Assembly (NCBI RefSeq): GCF_038025025.1
Contig: NW_027117348.1
Span: 1,426,001 to 1,490,000 of the forward strand
From: Phyllosticta citribraziliensis
Taxonomy: Eukaryota
Length of the DNA stretch: 64,000 bases
Direction: 5' to 3'
The translations under genes and the position numbers were made by a program. The notes under the pieces are model-generated. The model saw nothing but the letters and a program-made list of their open reading frames with translations, was not told where the DNA came from and did not search any database. Position 1 is the stretch's first letter; each line of letters opens with the position of its first letter. This document shows, in pieces, positions 13,041-25,468 of this stretch.

Positions 13041-14085
13041 GAGGCTTCAGGCGACGATTTGAAGCTCTCAGGCTAGGGGCGAGGATTGAACAAAGCTGGG
13101 CCCTTAGTCTGTAACCAAGAGAGTTGTAGCAGCGCGGCCATGATCCATCATCCCCCACACTCGTGAGCTGTTCGGCCAGCAGTTGCCAAGGCGCTACGGC
13201 TACGCGGGTGGCCCGAGCGTCGAAGCGAGCGCCCTGAGCCCTGACGCGCAGCGCGTAACCCAACCGAACCATCCGTCTCTCCATCCTGGCCCTGTTCTTC
13301 TGCAATAACGACATTGACGAAGAACAAGGCAAAACTTCACCCTTTCTCACGTCCAATCTGCTCGCAGTCTCACACGCTTCGATTCTGCTGTCTTTCTTTC
13401 CAGAGTATGTCACATTCCAGCTGTTCACCAAACCCAACCCTCCATCAATGATGAATATGGTAAAAGGTCTGATCGCAAAGCCGCCTCATGGTTCTTGGTG
13501 GACCCTTCTTTGCTAGCCAGCATGCTGAGGACGCTTCAATGTCGTGCTGCATCTCGGATGATTTGCCAATGAGCTCTCGTCCCGACCTCGACAGACGCCT
13601 TTCCGCGGCTGTTGGATCACGCTGAGAGAGCAAATCAATCTCCAAGTCTTGCAACTTTATGGAGCTCGAGTCCAAAAGCTGCTTCCACGGGCTTGAGTTA
13701 ATGGCTGTTGCGCACACCTGCGAATCATGAGCTCAGCTTTCTGGTTCCGGGAAAACCCTCAATCTGGCATTCTGATGAGCTTGCAAGATGCACCATTCAA
13801 GCCGAGGCACTGGCCCTGCAACGTTGGGGAATCCTCGAACCTTTGGCGGTCGAAATGACCATCTTAAAACTGAAAAGATCTGAGATGACGAGTCGCAACT
13901 TTCACGTCGTTCTTTGCTGGCTGCAACACTCTGCTAATTTGCTACCAAACTAGCTCCGATCCGGCCTCCACACAACAATCGAATTGCCAAGCGGTCGACA
14001 AACAATTGCGATTTAAATGGATTACTGTTGACAAAATTCCCACTGGCCTCTGAGGGAGTATCAATCAAGAGGGTGCCCAGGGACC

Positions 14086-17000
14086 ATGGGTAACCCAAAC
14101 ATGGATTGGTCTCCGGTCCGAAAGACGGGCAGTGCAAGACCAAGGGAGAGTCCGTCCTACTCTCCTTATCGAACCGACGACCAAGGAGCATACGACTCGG
14201 ATGGCTACAGGCCAGGTAGACCAGGACCGTACCCAATCCCGAATAAACCTCCATTCGCAAAGTTTCCCCCCCGGCGGCCCTTCGAGCCAACTCCAACTGA
14301 TCGCTATCGACATGACGACTTCCACCAGCCCAGGAGCCCTCCTCAACGCATGGAAGATGGTCATCAAAAGGGCAGTCCTCGTCCTTCCGGCCGTTTTGAA
14401 GACTTGAATCGGCCATGCAACAATCGCCCTCGCCCGTTCCAAGACAGCCCACCAAGCAGCCCTCGACCTCCTCGACCAAGCGGTCGTTCTGATCCTTTCG
14501 ACAACGGGTACTTTGACTCTCGTCCGCAACCAAGTGGATCAGCGGACAGGAAAAGGTTTATGGAGGCCCCAAACTTCGTTTCCAACAGCAGCTTGACGTG
14601 GAAGAAGCCGACGAGCCGTGACTCTTCTCGGTCCGAGTCAAGCCGTCAGCCCTTCAATGGCTCAGGGAGTGAAGATCCACCACGATCAATTGGCCCTGGA
14701 TCAAACCTCGTATCTGGGTCCGCAGGAATGACATTTGCAGAGCAGGACTTCCAAAGACAACTTGTCGAAGGAAGAAGTTGGGTGGTCACTAGAGAAGAGC
14801 TACCTGCGCTCCTGAGGCTCCCTCACATTTTCATTTCCGCCAGACACGTACCATACAGGTCTACGAACCCGCCTCATATTGCGAGGTTACTGCGCTCAGC
14901 ATACAAACAGGTTAGGGTGCAAGGCTGCGTTGATGGGTACTATGTTAGTTTTCGGAATAACAGCGACGGCAGAGCTGGGCTACGGCGCTGTGTGGAGAGG
15001 CACGACGGTACACTTCTCTTCAATAAGTTTGAAATGGTCATGGAGCCTCACCTTCCTGGTTTGGACAGCTCGTCATCGCAAGATTTGACGCCTGTTACCC
15101 ACGCACCGCACCAGCAGAGCGCCGAGATGCTGGAACGCAATCTGCCTCCAGCCCCGACTGCTTCTCCCGCTCAGACGACCACGTTGGGTCGACACAGTCT
15201 GCGCCCAGATGCTCTCCAAAAGCCAAGCGACAATATCTCTAGTGAACGAAATCTGCCTCTGAACAATCCTCACCTGCAAAGCGCCGAGATGTCGAGCCAG
15301 CACAATCTCTCCCCAAATGTTCCTCCCACCAGGACCATGAAACCTCCCGATCGTAACCCGAACACCCTTCGCCAGCAGATCGTCAAGACATCAAACCAAC
15401 TCATTCTGGAAACGAGTCCTCTTCACCAGCAGAGCTCCAGAACCCCGCGCCAACAACTCGATGAAGCTGAGGAAATTGCAATTCAGGGTGCTGCGTCACG
15501 CGCGACGCCCACCGAGAAGGTCTCGAATTTCCTCCAACAGTGTAAAAATAGCGGGGTGGTGGCCATCTTCGATCATGCCGAGGCGTGGGGCTTGCCCAAG
15601 GGCCGCCCAGGCTGGAGTGTCAAGCTGAAAGTGGACGATCTCGAGATTGGCGATCCCGGCCCTCACCCAAGCAAGATGGATGCCAGCGCCGCCATCGTTG
15701 GTCGCGGTTTCCGCCTTTTGGAGCAGGCACTGCAGGCACAGGATTGCAAATCACCAGTCAAGCTTGAGAGCCTTGAAACTGCGGAGGCTTCGACAGATGC
15801 TACGGTCGGGTCAGCTGCAACCAATGCAAATATACGCAGGCTCCAAGAAGACATAAACTCGCGTCTTTCAAGGGCAAAGGAGCTGCAAGATTGGTTGGTC
15901 GCGAATCCAACAGCCGAAGAGGCGACGATTGAAAGAAGCCGTGGTTATCACAATGACATCATGGACAGAGTTGAGGGAATCCGGCAGGAGATTATCAAGC
16001 TTGGTGGTGTTCCAGCAAGCGCAGAGGGTCATGGCGCTGATGAATCGTCGCCGCCTGTAGTGAGAGAACCTACTCCACTCGCCTCTGCAGACAAGGGGCC
16101 TGGTGTTGTTCCGGCGAGCGCAGAGGAGGATCACGGCACTGATGGATTGCCCACACCTTTAGCAAAAGAACCTCCTCCACTCGCCTCTGCAGATAATGAG
16201 TCTGGTGCTTTTTCGGCGAGCGCAGAGGAGAGTCACGGCGCCGATGAATCATCGCCACCTCTAGTCAAGCAGCCTCCTCCCCTCGCCTCTGCAGACATTG
16301 AGCCTGGTGTCGATCACCAATTGCTCACATCTCGGGACTCGATCTCTGCCCCAGACCATGGACAAGCACGACCCATCAATGAGCCGACCAGAAGGAAAAG
16401 CACCGCAACACTTTCGGATGCTTCGGAAACCAGCTCGAAAACCAAGGTAACTCGATGTGCATACTGCAAAACCAAGCATTTTCCGTCGTACAACCCGAGG
16501 AAAACTTGTTCTGGCTGTCGAAGGGCGTACTGTAGCTCCTGCTGGAAAACAGAGTCAGCGAGGGCACTAGACAGGTAAGATATCACTACTAATACGTATT
16601 ACATGGCTGACCTTTCGGCAGTAATGCTGAACCAGAGGGCTGCCGACACTGTGTCAAGACCAACACTCGAATGCTCCCGATGAACCATGAGAGCCACCCA
16701 GCCACCGAACAACTCATTGCTCCCAAGACATCTGAGCCAAAAGTCACGACGCCTCCGGTGGATATCCCTCAACCAGCTCATTCTGCAGAAGTCGTGACAC
16801 GCGAAGCACCTTCTCCAATACGCCATGACGAGCGCCTGGAAAGCGAACACAGAGAAGGACCAGCAGAGGCTTTAAGCCAGGTCGAGAAGAGGCTTCTGGA
16901 ACGCCGGGGATCAAACCGCGACGAAGCTCCAGCAGCTTCTCCAAGTCATGCAGAGACACGAATGCTTCCAGATCCCGAGCAAGCTGAACGCAGTGATGCT

Positions 17001-18671
17001 CCAGCAGCATCTCCAAGTCACACAGGCACAGGAACTATTCCAGGTCGCGTGCAAACTGACCGCACGGAGGCTTCAGAGCTGTATCTGAAGAAGCTTTCAG
17101 GCATCAATGAGCTGTCGTGGTCCGACTTGTTGGGATTTGCGCTTGCGGACAATGGAAACCGTGGAATGACCTGGAACGAGATTTCAGCCTGGATGTATGA
17201 CAACTTCCGGGACAACCGAAGAAACATACAGTCATCAAGCATCCAAGCTACTTTGTCCGGGCAAAAAACTCGGTTTTCTCATGTCGTGAACTCCAAACCT
17301 GCCCGATATTACGCAACAGATGCATTCGCCCAGAATTGCACAAAGCGTCTCTTGCAACTGCGGGCACAAGCCCGCTATATTGTAAAGCTTCCTCTCACGC
17401 AATCCCACAAGCTGGGAGTTGAGAAATCAGCCATCCAGAGCAATGAGGCGACAGGTCCTCAGGCCACTCGAAACATGGATGGTGCCCAAGAGACGAACGA
17501 AAAGAACCTCAAGCGGCCCAGAGAAGAGAGCCACGAGGAGATGCCAAGCCCAAAGGCGCCTCGGAAGTTTGCCTACAGAGCTCGAAAGTCGGCAAGCAAT
17601 GGCAAACGTCTTCAACCACCTGTGAAACAGGAGTCTGTGAGGATCTCAGCTCCTGCCTCGGGACCCGATGGAATTTCTTCAGCGGGTTCTCAGTCTGAGG
17701 CAACGCCTGGGGCTGTTGAAAACCAGGGATTTGGATCTGCGCCGAAGAGTGTCGAGGTCATCAGCCTGAGTTCGGATAGCTCTTCGGACGAGTCGAGACC
17801 TGTCTCTCCGGCGCCTTTATACGCTCCCCGCGTCTCGTTGCGATCTGTCTCTCCGGAACCTGTCTCTGCTCCGCCCGACTTGTCGCGACCTGTCTCTCCG
17901 GCATCTGACTCTGACCCCCCTGACTCGCCGCAAGACCCTCGCATGGCTTTCGCCTTGGCCACTTTGGAAAAGGCCAAAAGCCTGCCTGGGTCACGTCCAG
18001 TGACCATGCCAGAGGACTTGGTCGTCAACGGTTTCTCAGAGGAATTTCAGGACAGACTTACGGCCCGCTACAAGGCCGAATTCTGCAGCGCTCCAACGAT
18101 AGTCAAAGACCTGGCTAAAGAGGCGCCCGCATTCTGTCCCCCGCCCTTTGACCGTGAAGCCAAGATTGCAGAGATCAAGGCGCGTCCTAAACGCAAAGCG
18201 CGTCTCGAAGCGCTCAACGCGAAAGTGGACGCTCCGCGCCTGTTGCACGCGCGCCAGGAGCGTTCGCGCGACGCCATCCACAAGGAAGAACATCACCCTC
18301 TCCCACCTGCGTACAAGGCGCCGCCCCCAGGCGCGTGGTCCTTCGGCTTCGGCACAACACACGACTTGACGGTATCGCAGGAGACGGACGACGTGGACAT
18401 GGACGCGGACAACAAAGCGCCACGACGCAAGGAGAGACGCCACTTCGAGGTAGACGACACGGATGTGGACATGGATGCGGACAACGAGGCGCCGCAGCCC
18501 AAGGAGAAAGACTACGTCGAGACGGTCGAGGAGTGGCTCGGGGGCCCGCCGGCCGACAGCGTGACGTACATGATTACCGACAGAGGCAAGCTGGCTTTTC
18601 GCGAGAAGGCAGCGCCGAATAGGGACGGCAGGATGCCGCGGCCCCGCAAGGTGTGGGTTGTCCCCGACTGA
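14086..18671 (+). CDS. Large (~1,500 aa) putative nuclear protein: Set1-type RRM (SET_assoc), dsRBD-like, PHD-like finger and forkhead-like regions
   Basis: ORFs 14086..16578 and 16671..18671 join in frame across intron 16575..16621 (gtaaga..gctgac..cag). The join completes CAYC..CSGCRRAYCSSC..GCRHC. Domain calls were made by motif recognition. Confidence 0.8.
16003..16305 (+). repeat. Intragenic tandem repeat, 3 x 99-102 bp (33-34 aa)
   Basis: Units start at 16003, 16102 and 16204, each G..(P/S)ASAE..HG.D....P....P.PLASAD. Confidence 0.9.
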
Positions 18672-21600
18672 AGAAGTCGTGGATTGCGCTTCTCTGAGTG
18701 CGCCTGGCTGGCTGCACGGCTGGCAGGAGTTTTAAGGGCCATGAGCTCTTTCTGATTTGGAGTATTGGACAACAAGGTGACGATGAAGACTGATATACCG
18801 GGAGCATTCATCAGCGACGAATGGCACGGAAAAGGACGGTCAACACGGTAAACGATACCCTATATTACCTGATGGCGGCAAAGGTTTTTGTTTTTCAGGA
18901 CGACGGAGCAAAATGGCAGTCTCCTTTTATGAGAGGAGCACTGGATGACGAAATGATGGCACGACAGCACGACGGCACGACGGAACGATTTCTTTACTTT
19001 CTTGCTTGGCTTGCTGGTGATGAATGCTTCATGCACGGCACACCAAGCAAGCAAACGCACAGAGGTGCAAAGAGAACCTGGAGCTTTCTCACTTTTTCGT
19101 GGGCTCAAAATCCCCTGGCGAAGGGGAGAGGCGTTGAAAAGGATGGCTGGCTCAGACAGAAACGGAGAGTAGAATAATAATGATACCCAAACCCTACATG
19201 ACGACGCGACAGACTGCTATTTTTCTCTTCTAGTGCGCAGTTCACAGTGCTGCTACTACAGGCGTGAATGCTCCTTGGCACGATGTAATACCTTACCTTA
19301 CCTGGCGCGCCGTTTAGTTTGGATCAACGAACAGACAGGACAGACAGATAGAGCACTAGAAGTCTGCTCTGTGCGGCAGTAGGTAGGGAGAGCACTGCGG
19401 AGACGCGGTCGTCAGCGTGCGTGGAATGGACAAATAGTGGCAGCCCTGGCGCTAGCATGGCATGGCATGGCATGGCGTAGAACGGCATGACATAGTAGCA
19501 TGGCAGCAGCAGTAGTTGCAATAGTCAGTCGTAGGTACGTTAGCAGCAATAGCAGTAGCAACAGCATCACCATCGTCACCAAAGTATCAGTCAATCAGTC
19601 TACCTCTCCGCATACAATCTACACCGCGCGCCTAATCCACCAACCGATCGACCACCACCGCCGCTGCCGCCGCCGCCACTCCCTCATAGGTAGAGAATGC
19701 AAGTATGGATGGACGACGGATTAGAGTTGGAATCAGAGTGGTGGCACGTGGGCAGGGAAGGTTTCCCACTCTACCATCCCATACCCTACTGCTGGCCCGA
19801 GCTGTGCTATAGTTAGCGGAGCGAGGGGGATGGAGGGTTCAACGCTGCGTGCTCGGCCGGTGTCTTGGCAACAACAAGTGCAGGGCAGGCGAGCAAGAGG
19901 TCTACCGGCCGCCGGCGTCGTCGTGCACATGGTAGTGCTGTGTGAGATAGGTGGGTAGGTAGAAGGCTAGTGCAGCCCACTCAGGCGCCATGCGTGGAAA
20001 CAATAGTGGCGCTAGGGCGCTGCACGGGGGGACGGGGATGATGCGTGGGAGAGGAGAGAACCAAGGACGTTTGCCTCCTTCTTCTCTTCCTTTCATTCTC
20101 GTTGTCTCGCCTTGCTGCAGCATCTGTAGCGAACAGTGGTCGAGTCAATGAGGCAGCAGCAACAACAGCAGTAATAGAACCGGTGGCAATTGTCAGGCTC
20201 ACAAAGATTCCAAGGCAGACCAGACACGAGCAGACGAGGAGGAGGCGAATCATGGACCAGGAGCAGGAGGCGAAAGGACACAAAAGAAGGATCATGCCCA
20301 AGGACGAACAAGAAGCGGGAAGGAACGAGACAAGGTAGACAGACAGGTGGTTGGCTGGCAACTTGACGAAGAAGCTTATGCATCCGTCATCCGCCATCCG
20401 CAAGGAATCCGCCAGCCTCAGGCACACGGCGGCCGGCAGAAGAAACGCCCGCGCCCTCGCTCGCATGCTCGCACGAGGAGCTACATGCACATCGCAACTT
20501 TTTCCTGGTGATCGTCTTGTTGCGAGTGTCGAGAAACGCGGAGACTGGTGGATAGAGAAGCGAGCGAGGGTTGTTGGAGAGGGGACCACCGGAGCGCAAA
20601 CAGACAAGGAAGAGGTCGGCCGGGATGGATCATGGAGCAAGGCACTACGGCGGAACCGTGCGCTTCCCGTCAAGGTTGCGGTGGCCGGCCGCTCGTGCCG
20701 CTCGCAAGGTTGGCTTTAGACTTTTTTTGTCCTTGGGCCATATGGTTTCTTCTTTTAGACGGCGATGAACAGCCTTTTTCCCTGCAAGGCTCGCCGGGGG
20801 CGCCAGAGCCAGCGAGGTGCCTTGAGACTGCGACCAACGACATGTGCAGAAAAAGGGGTTGCGCAGAAGATGAGCGAGGGGGCTGTGTATGTGGCAAGCA
20901 AGCAAGAAGACATGATGTCGCCGCCGTCGTCGTCTGCTCAGCCCTGCCGTGGAGGTGCGGGCGTCTGGTTGGTGGCCACTGTTACAGCGACAATGATGGG
21001 GCGAGGGCGCGCCCAATGAACGGACCTGGCACCTGGAGATGTGCGGGTGGTGGGCCAAGGACTGTCCCTGTCTTGTCTTGGTGCGAGTGCTGAGACCCTG
21101 GAGCGCGGCCGTTGGATGACGGTCGTATCGAAAGCTCCCTGTTGGTGTTGACTGCGCGCGCACAGGAGGGGAGGAGAGAAGGGGGGCCCACCTTTCGCAA
21201 CCAACCAATGCAAGCGACGGGACTCGACGACTCGTCGCCGTCAACCCTCTTTGCTGCTCTCCTCGTATCCCGTCCCTCGCTCCTTGTCGGCCGTTTTTCA
21301 TGCGTCAAGCTCTGCTCACAATCTCATCTCCAAAATCCTCATTTGCGTCTGTTCGGCCGACGCCAAGACCAACCCGGCACCCAGCGCTGCTCGACCGTCT
21401 CCGCTCGGTACGAACGACGACGCGCGTCGCCCTGGACATGCAGCCTATTCGAGCGCGACGGTGATGTGATCGGGAAAAGAAAAGCAAAGAGAAGGAAAAA
21501 GATTGACCTGGCGTGGGTGCAAGCGACGCGACGGACGGCAGCCCTACGGGCCAAGCACAGCCCACAGCCCACAGCCCATTCCAGCCCATCCAGGAGACAG

Positions 21601-22781
21601 CCAGCCCTGTCCTGGGTGGAGTCGTCGAGAAACGACTTTTGCTGCCCCCCGCCAGCCCTGTGAGCTGACCGGGTCCCAGTCCCAGTCCCGGCCCCGCTAC
21701 CTTTCAGAGCCAACCGGCTGCCCTCCGTCGGGTGCGAGCTCAGAACTGTCACGACTCACCACCTCCGTCATACCTCCATCAAGTCCCTCGAAACAACATC
21801 TTCCCCTCCGACTGCTTCATCCTCCAGCTCAGTCTGCCAGCTAGCTAAATTCAGGGTCCGCGACCATGCCGACCGTCAGCCAAGCCACGGTAGCCTGACG
21901 ACGCGCCTCGTGTAGACCGTCAGTCGTGATATTGAAGGGGCCACATCATGTCCGTCCGTGGTCTGCGGATACGGCAGTGGTCGTGACGTTTGCGGAGAAC
22001 GAGACGAACAGGAACGAAAAAGAGCCTGAACACCCACCCACTCTCCATGCGCAGAGACCCATACACACGCCGTCTCAGTCCCTCGTCCGTCTCTCGTCTC
22101 GTCTCGTGGCCCTCGCGCGCCTAACGTACGGACGGCTCGCGGACGCCCGCCGCCAGACTATATCCGCAGCCTGCTCTTTGCCAAATTTTTTGCCCTTCTG
22201 CTTTTGCGCAGAGATACGAGGGCGGCCAACCGCCCGCCTGCTTGCCTGTCTGTCTGCCTGTCTGCCTTGCCGCCCAAGGCACGCATGGGGGCATGCGCGC
22301 GCGCCGCCCGTTGATTGCTTGCTTGCTTGTGTGTGTGTGTGATGACCGGCAGCAAGGCCAGGAACCTGAGGAGCGCATGCACGCACGCAGCGGGCAGGCA
22401 AGCAAGCAAGCATCATCGAACCGAGCTTGTCCATCCGTCCATCTATCTCTCCATCTAGGTAGGTAGGTAGGTATCTATCTCGCCGGCCACCCCAGCCACT
22501 CGCCCACCCACCACCTCACGCATCCATCCGCTCATCCACTCATCCACCCATTACCCATCCCGCCTGCCGCAGCCCTCCCTCTCCCTCTCGCTGTCTCTCA
22601 CACACAAGTCCCTCATTTGCGATGACGTGATTGGCCACACCGACACAATTTAGGGTTTCGGGCCGACGGACGAGCAGATATGGATGGATGCGGAGACGGG
22701 CCTAGGATCCGAGCTAGGCAGGCCACGCTAGGCTTGGCACTATACTATGTTGTATACTGGACTGGACCAGACTGGGGGTTT

Positions 22782-22808
22782 GGGGGGGGGGGGGGGGGGG
22801 GGGGGGGG
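22782..22808 (+). repeat. Poly-G run (~27 nt) with flanking G-tracts
   Basis: Read directly from the sequence. Confidence 0.9.
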
Positions 22809-23703
22809 ATGTCTGGGTGCCCGGCATCAGGAGGGAGGGGCGGTCGGGGGGTCGGGTAAATGTGTACTTAGGTACATAGGCACCTACGTAGTCTGATTTT
22901 ACGTCTATGTTTGGCATGCACGTATGTATGTAGTGAGTACATAGGGACGTGGAGATGACAAGGCCATAGTAGTCACTGGCTGTGTGACATCTGCTCTGAA
23001 GAACTCGGAATGCTGCTGCCATTTGATGTTATGAAGATAGAGGCTCATCCATGTCTAGCATCGCATTCACGATGAATGTAATCCGCATGGACATCGAGAC
23101 GGCAGCAATATAGAAGACGCAGACCCTTGGGCGCAACTTTCCACACTCCAATATATCTACACTTGCACCTACCTAGCACTGACCTCGTCGACATCTCAAC
23201 CCACCCATCCACACAGCGCATTCAGCCTAAACGGAGCACGGCCTCTGAAGAGCAAGTGTGCCCATCTTGCCTTGTAGGTACAGCAGAGTACACGGGCGGG
23301 TATTTATGCTCCAACTGCCTTCTTTCTTGGCTGTTCTCCATTCTTCTTTAGAGTTAGATTTTGGTTAGGTTTGCATAACTGTTTCTTTTTTCCCTTTCGT
23401 ACTATCTGATGCCTTACCACAGTACGGCGGCATGAATGCTCCTTAGGCGCCTTGATCGGCCTGCCGCTACCGCCGCCGGCGCCGCTACTGACAGATCTGT
23501 CAAACCGACTGCCTCCCTCCCTCCCTCCCCACGCGCAGCAGCCCACCGCCCAGGAAAAAAAAAAAAAAGATAGCGCTACAAAAAGCCGCCACTAAACGGC
23601 GCCGGTGGTGGCAGGCAGTCTCCTAGCACCAACAGCCGCGGGTCGCGCCCCATGCGCCTTTTAGCAGCAGCCATCTTCCCGATCGACTCCGACGCCGACT
23701 CTA

Positions 23704-25468
23704 CTACAACGACGACGACGACGATCCGGGGGGCACCGACATCGACACGTTCCCGCCAGCGGCGGCGGCGGCGGCGGTGGGGACCGACACCTTGCGCAGC
23801 TCGTCGATGCGGCCCTTGGCCAGACTGATGGCGGGCACGACCCAGGCGCCGCACGAGCAGCGCATGCCCTGCCACGCGTACTTGCCGACGAGGGAGCGGC
23901 ACTTGGGGTTGGGGCACTCGAGGCGGCCGTCGAGTTTGCCTTGCTCGAGCTCCGGGCGCATCCAGCTGAGCGGGTCGACGAAGTGGTGGGAGCACTGCTG
24001 GTTCTGTTGTTGTTGATGCTGGGTCGAGGATGGGGGTGTGGAAGCGGTGGGTTTGCCAGGGTGCTCGTTGATGAAGGTCGATGTGGCTAGTGGCCGTCTA
24101 GTGGCGAGGGGCGCGGTCAGCTGCCATTCTTTGCTCAATTGATCCATCAATCAAGCAAGCAATCAATCATGCCATGCCATGCTATGTGTGCAGCGTGGCC
24201 TAGTCTGGCCGGGGACGCCTGATGTCGACGGTAGATTGAAGCCAAGATAGGAGACGATGTGGTGATAACGATGACGGTGGCGCCAACGAGAAGAAGAAAA
24301 GTAAAAAAAAAAAAAGGGCCCGGTCAGGTGCACGACCGACGACGGAGACGACGGACAGCGGAGACAATGCTGCAACGGCCAGGGCTATAAGGCGTATCGC
24401 ATGGCATGGCGCGCTCGGGCCGTTGACAATCTGGAGGAGGGGAGGGAGCGAAAGAAAAGGAGGGGGGGCGCGCGCGCGTACCTGCATTTGCGGCAACGGA
24501 GCTCGAGGGCAGCCTGCTGAGATAGATGGTGGTGCTCGTCTTCGAATCTGATCTTGTCGGCCTCGGGGGCCATGCCGCACGCGCGGCTGAGCTCGACCTC
24601 GCGCTGGTACAGCCAGCGCTGATATGCGGGGCTGGCTTGGACGTCGTCGGGCGTGCCCATGGCGTGATATATTTCGAGTTGTTTCATGAAGCCTTCGTTT
24701 GGCTCGCATAGGGCCCGGGCCTGACGCACCTGGTCCAGAGCCTCGTGGGGCGTGATGTGATGTTTGTGCATCAAGTAGGCCATGACACAGGTGGCGGAGC
24801 GGGACTTGCCCATTGCACTACAGACGGGGGGGTTCTCGAGTTGGCACACGTACGGACTAATCCATCTTCAACGGCGCTTGCAGCAAGGGAAAGAAACTAA
24901 AAGCAGGCCATGTCATGACATGACGGGCACCGCTTCGCTGCACCACCAACACTACCATCACCCACTCCGGCCGTCCAGATACCGCGAGCCCGGCACACCC
25001 GAGCTGCGTTGAAGCGCTTTGCTTTTTGTGCGCCGAGCAGCAACCGCATCTGGAGACGGGTGCATGATTCAGGAGGAGCAGACTCGGACAGACTCGACTC
25101 ACCAATGCACGAGGACGCCACCGCCGCCATCAAGGGCGCGCTGAATGAAACGATTGGTGGCCGGAAAATGCTGGAGCAGGTCTTCATCGTCGACGTCGTC
25201 GACCTCGACGACCATGTGCTCGCGAAAGGGCGCAAACAGTTCGGCGTCGAGGGGCAGGCGCAGGACCGACAGCACGTGGGTGATGTTTGCGGCCTCGAGG
25301 GCGTCCCGCCGGCGCAGGGTGAAGAGGCTGCGGCCACGGCAATGTTAACATGAGGATGAAATGATGGTGCGGGCTCGGTGCATTGATGGATGGATGAGCA
25401 GCGGTTGCGACGCACCCGCCAATGTACAAGTTGTGGCCGCCGGGCACTTTGTCGAGCAGGCCGGCCAT
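23704..25468 (-). CDS. YVH1: Dual-specificity phosphatase Yvh1/DUSP12 with C-terminal zinc-binding domain (4 exons)
   Basis: Starts MAGLLDKVPGGHNLYIGG. Catalytic VLVHC|AMGKSRS is split by an intron. Also EPNEGFMKQL, LRCRKCR, CSHHFVDPLSWMRPELEQGKLDGRLECPNPKC and GKYAWQGMRCSCG. Confidence 0.92.

Noticed and set aside
22648..22658. Single TTAGGG-like motif (telomere repeat or telomerase template)
   Set aside because: Only one unit, it does not match the expected TAACCCTAA template, and no supporting structure was seen.
19200..23600. Many 60-230 aa ORFs, including hydrophobic 19981..20673
   Set aside because: No recognisable motifs, mostly non-ATG starts, in SSR-rich DNA.
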